Shown: positions 49,303-58,802 of the stretch, piece after piece | Layout of the letters: each line of letters starts with the position of its first letter | Numbering within the stretch: position 1 is the stretch's first letter | Assembly: GCA_048885925.1 (NCBI GenBank) | Contig: JBHLLG010000003.1 | Coordinates: forward strand, 1 to 64,000 | Direction: 5' to 3' | Length of the DNA stretch: 64,000 nt | Origin: Candidatus Hermodarchaeota archaeon | GTDB lineage: Archaea; Asgardarchaeota; Lokiarchaeia; Sigyniarchaeales; SOKP01 | Made by a program: the position numbers and the translations under genes | The notes under the pieces: model-generated | Told to the model about the DNA's origin: nothing | What the model saw: only the letters and a program-made list of their open reading frames with translations | Databases searched by the model: none

Positions 49303-51891
49303 ATGTTTATCTATTTAGAGAATTTACACTTATCAGAAGATAAAGAAAAGGGTATATTTTTAATTCCTCAACCATACTATCTAAAAGTTAAAAATTTGAA
49401 AAAGTTGAAGATAACAGAACAATCTCGACTATTTTCAGATATAAAAAAGGATTATTTATTTATAATTGAAGATTTTCAAAAAAAATTGGTAGATTTTGGA
49501 TTAAAAAAAAAGTTAGAAATTCATGATATTAACAATAGCAACAAATTTCCAAAAGTTAAATCAATTTTAAAAATTGGTAAAAATAGTTTTCCAGAAAACC
49601 TTTATGATAATATTGTAAAACAAAATAATTATATTGAACAGGGATATATTTTAGTTTCAGAAGATTCTTCAATAGTAATTGAAGCTTCTTCATTTCGAGG
49701 GTTATTTTATGGAATTCAAACACTGATTCAATTGTTAAATTCAAGTAATAATAAGTTATCTATTAATGAATTGAGAATAATAGATTATCCTACATTAGAA
49801 ATCAGAGGTGTATCAGACAATATATCAAGGGGACAAGCACCTACCATTGAAAATTTAAAGAAATTTATCAAAGAATTGAGTCATTATAAAATAAATCAAT
49901 ATTATCTGGTGCATATACATGACATATTTAATTTTTCTAATCATCCAGAAATTGGAAAAGAGAGAGGGGCATATTTAAAAGAAGAATTAGTAGAATTGCG
50001 AGATTTCGCAAAAAAATATTTTGTAGATTTAATTCCAATTTTTCAAACTATAGGCCATTGGGAGAATATTTTAATTAATCCTAAATACTGGGAAAATGGA
50101 GAATTCCCTGGTTCAAATAGTTTAAATATTGCTAATCAAAACATTTATATGCTTTTAGATGAAATGATTGGTGAATTAAGACAAGTTTTTAATTCCGATT
50201 ATTTTCATATTGGAGCAGATGAAAGTTGGGATGTTGGAAAAGTAACATCAAAAAACTATGTAGAAAATATTGGTCTCGGAAAAGCTTATCTGAACCATTA
50301 CAAACGCGTGTATCAAATTGTAAAAAAGCATGGGTTTAAGAAACTTATAATTTATCATGACATTCTCCATAATTATAAAGAAGTACTAGAAAATTTACCT
50401 AAAGATATAATAATAATGTACTGGAAGTATAGTGTACAAAAGAATCATCCTATTTTAAAGAAAATCAAAAGCTATGGCTTTCCATTAATTGTAAGTCCAT
50501 CTATTATGGATTTTAATCGTATTTTTCCCTCATTTGATAAATATGAAAAAAATATTGTTAATTTAATCAAATTTGGATATGAAAATGGAATTCTTGGAGA
50601 AATTACATCAAGTTGGGGAGATTATAGAAATAGAGAGCTCAGAGAAAATCGAATTTATGGTTTTATCTTTTCTGCTATGATTGGATGGAATCCAATAAAA
50701 GAGGTTAACGTTTTATATTTTTGGAAGAGTTTATTTATACATTTCTTCGGAATAATAAATCCTAAATTAATTCAAATTTTTAGTACTCTTAGATCGATCC
50801 AAGATAAAAGATTATTGCATATAAGATCTTCAGCTTACTATAATCATTTCTTTGCTCACCCATATTCTAATAATACCAAAAGGTATAGAAAAAATATAAG
50901 GACCTCTGGATTTGCTAAATTAACACTAAGGTTAAATGAAATCATTAAAATTTGCAAAGAATTAGAAAATGAGGTAATTAGGAATAGAATAAATATAAGA
51001 AATCTTGCTTTTGTCGCAAAACATATTAACTTTTTCTGCAAAAAAAAATTAAACTCAAAATCTTTAGTACAAATTACGCTTATCAATGAAAAATATAGGA
51101 ATCAAAAAATTCAGGAGATTAGAGATTTAATAGAAGAATTAATCCATCTATTAGATGAATATGAATTTCTATGGTTAAAGTGTGCAAAGAAAGAAGGTTT
51201 TAATGCAATAAAAAATCAATATTGGTGGTTAATTAGGTTTTATAATGATAAAATTGAACAATTGCAAAATAATATAAGATGGGAAAACCCTAATATCCCT
51301 AGTGAGCTAATATATTTAGATAAGGAAGCCCTACATACTTACCATACAACTTTTTATAAAAAGGTAATAAACTTTGAAGGAGAAATAGAAAATGCATACT
51401 TACAGGTTATTGCGGGTACTTTTGCTAAAATTTTTATTAATGATTCGTATATAGGTTATACAATTACAAGACATTCACTTGAATTTAATATCTTAGAAAA
51501 TAATATTCAAATTTTTAATATAAAAAAATATTTAAAACAAGAAGAAAATGTAATTAAGATTGAAAATAATGATTTTATTGGAGGGATAAGCCCCATAAGC
51601 GTTTATGGCGAAATAGATATACTTCCTAAAAAGCAAATTCTAATAAAAACAGATAGAACATGGGAAGCAACAAGAGAATTTAATAAAAATTGGAGAAATG
51701 TTAAAAGTTTTGGAAGTCCTCCTAAAGCAACAGGAGGATTGTATTATCCTGACTTCAAAAATGCTCTACATTCGAAAGAAACTGATTTACTAGCATTCTT
51801 AAATACTATTATTAGTAGAAAATCTACAAGATCTTTTTGGTTTTTAAAGTTAATATTCAAGCTTTTTTACCGACTTAATATTTTAGAATAA
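49303..51891 (+). CDS. GH20 beta-N-acetylhexosaminidase
   Basis: [19 protein letters not shown], catalytic HIGADE. Confidence 0.88.
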   Translation: MFIYLENLHLSEDKEKGIFLIPQPYYLKVKNLKKLKITEQSRLFSDIKKDYLFIIEDFQKKLVDFGLKKKLEIHDINNSNKFPKVKSILKIGKNSFPENLYDNIVKQNNYIEQGYILVSEDSSIVIEASSFRGLFYGIQTLIQLLNSSNNKLSINELRIIDYPTLEIRGVSDNISRGQAPTIENLKKFIKELSHYKINQYYLVHIHDIFNFSNHPEIGKERGAYLKEELVELRDFAKKYFVDLIPIFQTIGHWENILINPKYWENGEFPGSNSLNIANQNIYMLLDEMIGELRQVFNSDYFHIGADESWDVGKVTSKNYVENIGLGKAYLNHYKRVYQIVKKHGFKKLIIYHDILHNYKEVLENLPKDIIIMYWKYSVQKNHPILKKIKSYGFPLIVSPSIMDFNRIFPSFDKYEKNIVNLIKFGYENGILGEITSSWGDYRNRELRENRIYGFIFSAMIGWNPIKEVNVLYFWKSLFIHFFGIINPKLIQIFSTLRSIQDKRLLHIRSSAYYNHFFAHPYSNNTKRYRKNIRTSGFAKLTLRLNEIIKICKELENEVIRNRINIRNLAFVAKHINFFCKKKLNSKSLVQITLINEKYRNQKIQEIRDLIEELIHLLDEYEFLWLKCAKKEGFNAIKNQYWWLIRFYNDKIEQLQNNIRWENPNIPSELIYLDKEALHTYHTTFYKKVINFEGEIENAYLQVIAGTFAKIFINDSYIGYTITRHSLEFNILENNIQIFNIKKYLKQEENVIKIENNDFIGGISPISVYGEIDILPKKQILIKTDRTWEATREFNKNWRNVKSFGSPPKATGGLYYPDFKNALHSKETDLLAFLNTIISRKSTRSFWFLKLIFKLFYRLNILE

Positions 51892-52042
51892 ATACAATAT
51901 TTTACTTTAGTTATTTCTATTTCAAGAGTTTTTTGGTTATTATCTTTTTAAAAGGATTTAACCCACTTAAGAATAACATTAAAATTTATATATTCTGACC
52001 TTATAGTTATTTTAATAAATTTGTAATTTACAGGTTTAGAAA

Positions 52043-52594
52043 ATGAGTAATGAAGAACTTAATCAAACTAAAAAAATAAACGTAAGAGATTGGATCGTAC
52101 TTAGTACGGTTATGATTGGTGCGGTTCTCACGATCCTTGCTCTAATTTGGCAGGTTCCACCTCCTAATGGGATAGTTACCGCAACATTTTCACTAATGAT
52201 ATCTTTTATTTTTTTTGTTAATTCTGTCTCTGCTAATTCTAAAGCTCAATTCGAAGCTAATCTAGGGAAAGTATCTGAAGAAAGAATTAACCGATTTGTA
52301 ACTTTTGCAGAATATTCATTTGGATTTGGATTTACATTAGTCATCACTGGATTTACAATACTAGGTTATGAATATTTATTAGGTTATGTTGGTCGGGAAT
52401 TAATTAGTCTATTGCTCCCAATTACTTTTTTATTTACTGCGTGGGTAATTATCTTCATATATAATATAATAAACTATTTTGGGAAACCTCTAGGAGCCTT
52501 AAGAAACTTAAAACGTAACCTCTGGATATTTTTAGAACTAATCTGCCTGGTAATAATCATATTCGATTTTTTCGAGATATTATCTATTCCCTAA
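52043..52594 (+). CDS. Hypothetical membrane protein
   Basis: ~5 hydrophobic segments, no recognised motif. Confidence 0.65.
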   Translation: MSNEELNQTKKINVRDWIVLSTVMIGAVLTILALIWQVPPPNGIVTATFSLMISFIFFVNSVSANSKAQFEANLGKVSEERINRFVTFAEYSFGFGFTLVITGFTILGYEYLLGYVGRELISLLLPITFLFTAWVIIFIYNIINYFGKPLGALRNLKRNLWIFLELICLVIIIFDFFEILSIP

Positions 52595-52606
52595 ATTTTT
52601 TTTTCT

Positions 52607-55015
52607 TTAAATGAAGCATGATAAATCTGTTTGAAGCGATTTCTTATTATAATCTAAAGTTAATAATTCTTCAAGCTCAGGGAACTTAAAAGGAAAGATG
52701 TTTTCAAAAGCTCTTTTTAGAAGTTCAATGTACTTTCTTTTATCATACTGGTGCTTTTTTGGATTATACAAATCTGAAAGGATAACTTTCTTTTCAGGAA
52801 AATTCGGATCCGCATCAGCGTTAAGAATAATATATCTCACATTCTTTCCAGCAGACGCTACAATACCTGAGCGTTCTAACTGTCTTGCGGCTACAGCTTG
52901 ATAAGAATTTACTTTGTATGCTGATGGCTTTCGGGATATTTTTTGACGGATAGAAAGTTCATCTCTGGATACTTTCCCCGAACAAATTCGTTCTACATAT
53001 TCATAGAGCTTTTCCATTGCTTGTGGAATTCTTTCTATAAATTCATTGACGGTTTTTGCACCTTGAAAGACATCAATAAAGGCATATTGAGCATCTTTTA
53101 CAATTTTGGGTATATCTCTGCGTCTCACTTCAATACCTCTCACCTTGACCTCGCCATTGCTTTTTATCCCCCAGTAATGACTAAGGGCTGGTACCTCTGG
53201 TTCTGCTCGAGAAGGCAAGAAAACGATAACATTGAATCTTCCCTCCCAACTCATAGGAATACTTGTGCTTTTAGATATTTCTTCAGCAATTTTTCTTGTT
53301 AATTTCTCAAATTCTTCTGGATTTCTTCCTTTTTTGTCTTGGATCCACATGGAATCAACAATTCCATGGACAATTTTACAATCATAATTTTTAGCAATCT
53401 CGACGGATCTCAATAAAAATTCACGAGCGAAGGCACAAACTGTTTGATGAGCCTCAATTTTTCCAAAACGGGCGTTTTTAAATCCTAAATATCCAAAACT
53501 TACAACAAGTACCCATTTTAATGCAATATCGGTAAATTTGTATCGAAGATCGTCATGAGTCTTATTATATGCTTTACACTCTAAACGCTTTCTTAATGGT
53601 AAACTAATTGATTTCGAAATAATCCCCTCTCTTTTCGAACAAATATGAAAATCTAGACCAGGTACTTTAATCCCTGTACCATCATCTTTACAGCATTTGC
53701 AATTAATCGTTTCTGAAGAAATATTAAAGTTAGCCATTAGGGAGGGATACATTGAGGAAAAGTCTAACTCTATCACTTGATCAAAAACACCTATTAATGG
53801 TTCAAATATATGCCCACCTCGGTCATTTTTGATCAAATCCATTCCACTTCGAAAACCTTCTGGGCTCTTCTTGAAAGGTGGGATAAGGTGATTTAGTTTA
53901 TAGGCATTATAGTATTGTATCGATTGAAGAGCGCCCCCGATTGTTACTCTACATAATCTTTGCAATGGAACTCGAGATACTCTTGCAACCTCAATAACAC
54001 CTGGTATATTTCCCTCGCTAAAGTGTAAGCTACCGTAAGTTGTTGTGTCTAAATGAAAGCGTCCTGTAAAATAAACTTGTGTTTTGGAACGTCGCATTAT
54101 TATTCCGTAAGACATATAATGATCAGAGTTTCCTGAAAGATTGAAGATACACTTTCCGAGTGGCGTTTTTGTGCGAGAAAAATAGAGATCGCTTGATACA
54201 CGATTCACTGATGCTCGAGCTGCCAAGTAAGGAAACACAAATTCATCTCCTCCATGTGTTAAAATAATGTCTGGATCTAAACGCTCAATCACTTTACTAA
54301 TTGATTTGATGGTTTCTGCTTCATCAGCTTTGTCAATTAGAACTTTTCTTTTTCTCTGTCCATCAGCTCTCGGTATGTTGGCTTTTTCGTCTTTTTCAAC
54401 AATACTAACTTCCGCACATATCAGCGGGTCGTTGAAATATGATCTCATTCCATGTTGCTGTATTTTAATATCCAGCCACACAGCTTTTAAAGGTGGTAAC
54501 TCGTAAAACAATTCTTCGTTGTTGTCTTTTAGCTCTAATGAAATTAAACGCATTAATTGCCCGTCACCCTTTTTATTCTTTTCAGAATTAACCTTGAAAC
54601 AACATAAAGACATTGGAAATAAATCATTTACATAGAAATACATTTGCGAGATTGGAAGATCCGTATTATATAGAGTAAAAAGACCGATTTCATCTATTTC
54701 CTTAATTGTTTTCTTAAATACAGAAGGTTTTACTACAGAAACTCCTAATATTTTTACTTTTTCATGATCCTCTAACTTCACATATTTTTCACAGATTCGG
54801 ACATCCTTTACATTGGGGTGTGATTTGAGAATTTGTCTTAATCTCTTGAAATCGTTACCCGTATGTCTTTTTGGTACTGCAAAAAATTCTGGACAGAATT
54901 CATGAAAGATTTTTAAAACCTTTTGTTCCTTTAAAGTTTTTACCCAAAGGATAACTCCCTTATGATAAGTTGAAACATCTAAAAGCCAGCCATCAAATTG
55001 ATCTTGATAATCCAA
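52607..55015 (-). CDS. polB2: Archaeal PolB2-type DNA polymerase (exonuclease-degenerate)
   Basis: DFSSMYPS, KWVLVVSFGYLG, HGIVDS in place of YGDTDS, no ExoI DxE; C-terminal QTDLSCF. Confidence 0.88.
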   Translation of the reverse strand: MDYQDQFDGWLLDVSTYHKGVILWVKTLKEQKVLKIFHEFCPEFFAVPKRHTGNDFKRLRQILKSHPNVKDVRICEKYVKLEDHEKVKILGVSVVKPSVFKKTIKEIDEIGLFTLYNTDLPISQMYFYVNDLFPMSLCCFKVNSEKNKKGDGQLMRLISLELKDNNEELFYELPPLKAVWLDIKIQQHGMRSYFNDPLICAEVSIVEKDEKANIPRADGQRKRKVLIDKADEAETIKSISKVIERLDPDIILTHGGDEFVFPYLAARASVNRVSSDLYFSRTKTPLGKCIFNLSGNSDHYMSYGIIMRRSKTQVYFTGRFHLDTTTYGSLHFSEGNIPGVIEVARVSRVPLQRLCRVTIGGALQSIQYYNAYKLNHLIPPFKKSPEGFRSGMDLIKNDRGGHIFEPLIGVFDQVIELDFSSMYPSLMANFNISSETINCKCCKDDGTGIKVPGLDFHICSKREGIISKSISLPLRKRLECKAYNKTHDDLRYKFTDIALKWVLVVSFGYLGFKNARFGKIEAHQTVCAFAREFLLRSVEIAKNYDCKIVHGIVDSMWIQDKKGRNPEEFEKLTRKIAEEISKSTSIPMSWEGRFNVIVFLPSRAEPEVPALSHYWGIKSNGEVKVRGIEVRRRDIPKIVKDAQYAFIDVFQGAKTVNEFIERIPQAMEKLYEYVERICSGKVSRDELSIRQKISRKPSAYKVNSYQAVAARQLERSGIVASAGKNVRYIILNADADPNFPEKKVILSDLYNPKKHQYDKRKYIELLKRAFENIFPFKFPELEELLTLDYNKKSLQTDLSCFI

Positions 55016-55018
55016 TCT

Positions 55019-55300
55019 CTAACCTTTTTCTTCTATCAATTCTTCTAACTTTTTTACCTTCTCCTCTAACTCCTCAATTCTTTTTTCTTGTTCAACTGCA
55101 AAGGAGATAAATAAGACTTCTGACAGCACCGGACGGGCACTCATACTACCTGCATCAGCATGAATTCGAGCGAAGTTCATTAATTTATCAAAAATTTTCT
55201 GTTCTTCAGGGCGTAGAGCTCTTTTGAAGTCTTTCCAGCTTTCGATCTCATGCTCCAAGGCAGGTCGAAAAGAGGGTACCGTTCTTCCCATATCTTTCAC
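55019..55300 (-). CDS. PolB2-associated small helical protein (arCOG07300-like)
   Basis: MGRTVPSFR...W..FKRALR..E...FD.L; 3 nt upstream of polB2. Confidence 0.8.
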   Translation of the reverse strand: MKDMGRTVPSFRPALEHEIESWKDFKRALRPEEQKIFDKLMNFARIHADAGSMSARPVLSEVLFISFAVEQEKRIEELEEKVKKLEELIEEKG

Positions 55301-55414
55301 TTTAATTTAAGGTAAAATCCAAAAAAGAGAGTATTGCAGTAAATTAAAAAAAAAATACAATACCAGTTTTCTGATTTTTAAATCTAATCATCGTTTAATA
55401 GATGATTTTAAAGA

Positions 55415-55555
55415 TTAATTTTCTTTTCCTTGGCATTCCGGACAAACAATCTCATCAAAATCTTCTAAATCACTTCTCCAGAAAAAAACTTTGCCTTTCC
55501 CTTTGCAAATTTTACATTTTTCCACATCTCCTTTTGGATATGCGAAATAGCTCAA
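55415..55555 (-). CDS. Unannotated 46-aa zinc-finger microprotein (DnaJ-type CxxCxG repeats)
   Basis: MSYFAYPKGDVEKCKICKGKGKVFFWRSDLEDFDEIVCPECQGKEN; TTG start with AGGTGA SD. Confidence 0.7.
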   Translation of the reverse strand: MSYFAYPKGDVEKCKICKGKGKVFFWRSDLEDFDEIVCPECQGKEN

Positions 55556-55732
55556 GTTTTAAATTCACCTTCTAAGGGTAATTATTGGAAAAGATTAATT
55601 CCAACAAAATATGGTTAATCTACCTATTTAAATGTTTTCATAAAATATGAAACTTGGAAAAATAAATAGAAAGGTTAATAATATCTAAAAATAATACATT
55701 AATACTAAAAGAATGAAGAATAGAGAACAATT

Positions 55733-56143
55733 ATGAGTAAAGATTTGAAAAAATGGCATGCACCCTGTGGAATTTTCTGCAAAAGATGTCCGGGAGTAAA
55801 ATCTTTTGGATGTAGGGGATGCAGAGAGCAAGAAGGTCAAATACGTAAGTTTCCAGTTTGTAAAACCTATAAATGTTGTATAAATAATAGATATGAATTT
55901 TGCTATGAATGTGAAGATTTTCCATGTGAAATGTTAGAACCTATTGTAAATTTTGAAATTTTCACACCACATAATTCCAAAGTATATAATTTGATTATGA
56001 TAGAAAAGTTAGGGTTAGAAGAATGGAATAAAATATGTGATGCCAAAACTAATCTTTACTATAATGGTCGCAAGATTCAATACGGTGGAGATCAATTAAC
56101 TTTAGAAGAAAAAGATCCGAATATGTATAAAAAAAAGAATTAA
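55733..56143 (+). CDS. DUF3795 family Cys-rich protein
   Basis: APCGIFCKRCP...CRGC...CKTYKCC...FCYECEDFPC. Confidence 0.85.
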   Translation: MSKDLKKWHAPCGIFCKRCPGVKSFGCRGCREQEGQIRKFPVCKTYKCCINNRYEFCYECEDFPCEMLEPIVNFEIFTPHNSKVYNLIMIEKLGLEEWNKICDAKTNLYYNGRKIQYGGDQLTLEEKDPNMYKKKN

Positions 56144-56469
56144 TAACTGAAATACTGAGTGAACGATAAATATTTTGATTTCTATACTTAAGATAGTTCT
56201 TTAAATTTAGGAATAAATTAGAAATTAAGTTAAGAATTTTTAAAAAATAAAGTCTATTTTAAAATTTCGTTATTTCTTTAGATTGGTTAGAACTTATCGA
56301 ACAAAAATTCTTCTTAGTTCTTGTTATTATGCCCAAAGAATCCTTATGATAGTTGTTCTCTCACTCTTAAGGAAAAGATCCTAAATTTGTGCAAAAAAGA
56401 AGAAGATTAAGTGTATTATGTTCCTTTCAATAAAATTTTATATGGATAGATTTTCATATATAATATATT

Positions 56470-57207
56470 ATGGTAGCACCTATTACTTTTCTAAATTTTA
56501 TAGGTATGGTCTTCGAGATCTTCATAATAATCATTGCTGCGGTTTTACTAATACTCATTCTAAAAAAATACTTAATTAAACGCCATAAACTTACTCGATT
56601 GCTTTTATTTATTTTTATAAATTATTTTATTGCAATTGTTTTTTCTTGGATCTCAAAAGTTTTTGTAGTTTTTCAGATAAATATAACTCAAGATGGCTCT
56701 ATAACTGCTTCGATATATAATTTAATATCAGATTTTAGATTAAGTGAATTTTTTGTTGTAATTGCCATCTTTCTATCGTATATATTAAAGGTAAATGTTT
56801 TTGAAAAGGGATATATTAAGTTACAAAAATATATCGTGATAATTTATGGGATATTTAGTTGCGCTTACGTATTATTCATCTATGAAGACGGTAATACATT
56901 ATTAGACATTATTGCCTTCTTGATTGTCTTTATATACATGGTTATGGTATATGCCCCTTTTCTACGAAGATCAATAGAATCTTATCGTGCTGTGGAGGAG
57001 AAAACTTATAAACAAGCATTTTTATCCTTAGCAATCATGTCAGTCAGCTTTATGTTGATATTTCTTAATTTTGCTGTCGATCGATTATTAATCTTTTTAG
57101 GAAGCCTTGGATTTACCGTCTTTTATTTTCTAGCGTGGAGTTTTGCTATTGTAGGTATTTTTGGATCATACTATGGTTATGTTAGACCAAAGGCTAGTAA
57201 GGAGTAA
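56470..57207 (+). CDS. Seven-TM membrane protein
   Basis: Seven hydrophobic segments separated by short basic loops. Confidence 0.7.
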   Translation: MVAPITFLNFIGMVFEIFIIIIAAVLLILILKKYLIKRHKLTRLLLFIFINYFIAIVFSWISKVFVVFQINITQDGSITASIYNLISDFRLSEFFVVIAIFLSYILKVNVFEKGYIKLQKYIVIIYGIFSCAYVLFIYEDGNTLLDIIAFLIVFIYMVMVYAPFLRRSIESYRAVEEKTYKQAFLSLAIMSVSFMLIFLNFAVDRLLIFLGSLGFTVFYFLAWSFAIVGIFGSYYGYVRPKASKE

Positions 57208-57299
57208 TCATTAAATTTTTAAAAACTAAACATTAAATATTTTATAAATATTTTTATTTATTCACTAGAACATTAGAAATATGTTAAGCTGTGATTTAG

Positions 57300-57713
57300 A
57301 TGGAAAAGATAATACAAGATATATGGATACTAAATGATGCTGGTGCGGTTCTATTTAACCGTGTTTTTGAAAAAAAAATTGATGAACAATTAATTGGAGC
57401 TTTGATGTCAGCATTGAATCTATTAGCAGAAGAATTAGAAAGAGGAGGCTTATCTAATTTTCAGCTTAAAGAAAAAAAATATTTTATTATGAAACAACAT
57501 GGAATATCTTTTATAGTTAATTCCTCAAAAAAGACTAAAGAGAAAAAAGTTAATGAAGAATTGAAAAGTATAGTAAATAAGTTCTTCAATTTATATCCAA
57601 AAGAGATGCTTAATACTTGGGACAATGATATAAGTATATTTTCTGATTTCGAAAAGCATATTGAAGATAGTTTACAAGATACTATAGATAAATTTGAAAA
57701 AGCTTTTTGGTAA
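57300..57713 (+). CDS. Longin/roadblock-like (profilin-fold) domain protein
   Basis: IQDIWILNDAGAVLF...EQLIGALMSALNLLAEEL pattern typical of Asgard longin-like domains. Confidence 0.7.
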   Translation: MEKIIQDIWILNDAGAVLFNRVFEKKIDEQLIGALMSALNLLAEELERGGLSNFQLKEKKYFIMKQHGISFIVNSSKKTKEKKVNEELKSIVNKFFNLYPKEMLNTWDNDISIFSDFEKHIEDSLQDTIDKFEKAFW

Positions 57714-57717
57714 TATT

Positions 57718-58467
57718 TTAAAACCACACGTCAAGAGTCATATTTCGTAAGGGTACCTTTTTCTTAGGTTTACGAAGTTTCCACTTTTTCAGCCTATTTT
57801 CTGGTAAGTAAGGATGTTGAACAAGCGTATATTCGACATATCTCTCATCATCATTTATCATTACCAGCACATTTCCAAAATGAGAAAGAATTTTACCTCC
57901 TTTTGGTCTGAAGAGGGAATGTTCATGTAAGGGTGCCGTTATTATAATGAGAGGTTTTGTTTTCCAGAGCATCTGTTTAATTCCATCTATCGCCCTTAGC
58001 AATTCTTCGAAAGTTTGCTTTTCATAGCCTTCAAATAGAGTTGTAATCCCAGAGATAAGTACAACTTTCACATCTTCAAGCATTGAAAGCTTATTCTCCA
58101 GAATCTCAATTATTTGGTCAAAAGTAAAGGCTCGTGAAATAAGGATGTTTTCTAACGCCATACGAGGGGACAGGTTTTGAGTGACTGCAAATTTGCTTAC
58201 GTTGTAAGGGTTAAAATGATTATTTCCATCGATAAAGGCAACTCTAATACCCTCTCCAAGTCCTCCATTGTCAAACGCTTTTTGAACGATAACTGCCGTT
58301 GTTAATAAGATATTAGTTGTTAATTTCTTATCTCCATAAAGTAAATAGACTAAATCTCTGTGGAATCCGCCAGAAAGCAACTTATTGAGAGTCTTATCTC
58401 CGCTAGAAATGAGGTGCGAATGATTGTTTCTTTCATGTACCGTGAATCCAGAATCAAACGTCATCAT
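57718..58467 (-). CDS. Inactivated RadA/RecA-like ATPase (PolB2-cassette type)
   Basis: SSGDKTLNKLLSGGF, degenerate Walker A LYGDKKLTT, FIDGNNHFNPY, ISRAFT, degenerate Walker B VLISGI. Confidence 0.82.
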   Translation of the reverse strand: MMTFDSGFTVHERNNHSHLISSGDKTLNKLLSGGFHRDLVYLLYGDKKLTTNILLTTAVIVQKAFDNGGLGEGIRVAFIDGNNHFNPYNVSKFAVTQNLSPRMALENILISRAFTFDQIIEILENKLSMLEDVKVVLISGITTLFEGYEKQTFEELLRAIDGIKQMLWKTKPLIIITAPLHEHSLFRPKGGKILSHFGNVLVMINDDERYVEYTLVQHPYLPENRLKKWKLRKPKKKVPLRNMTLDVWF

Positions 58468-58548
58468 ATGAAGTAACTATTCTTCAAAATAAAACAAAGA
58501 TACACCGACAATTTTCTGAAATAAATCCAATTTCTCCATAAGACAATT

Positions 58549-58603
58549 AGATAGTTTCATTTTTCAAGAATAAATGTTCTTTTAAAAGTAAGATAGTTTC
58601 ATT
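58549..58603. promoter_or_regulatory. 13-bp direct repeat AGATAGTTTCATT flanking a TATA-like TTTTAAAA
   Basis: Copies at 58549-58561 and 58591-58603 (42-bp period); TTTTAAAA at 58580-58587. Confidence 0.6.
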
Positions 58604-58802
58604 GAGACAGAGAGGTAATTGAAAGTAAAAATGAAGAAGAAAAAGATTCAGTTAAGAATGAATTAACTTTAAAAATGATATTACTTTTGATTTAAAATTA
58701 TTCAACATGGTTTATAAGCAAAATTAAACTTTATAATAAATCGCACCTAATAAAGTATAATCATCTTGAAAATTTAATCAAATAATAAACCAATGCGAGA
58801 AA

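Noticed and set aside
56270-56410. Coding-like fragments between the DUF3795 and 7TM genes
   Set aside because: Short pieces in different frames with no recognisable homology; a pseudogene call cannot be supported
383-57727. Many short antisense or alternate-frame ORFs in the track (e.g. 383-661, 14232-14588, 24718-25155, 43128-43433, 52943-53302, 57461-57727)
   Set aside because: They lie inside well-supported genes and show no protein motifs; these are shadow ORFs
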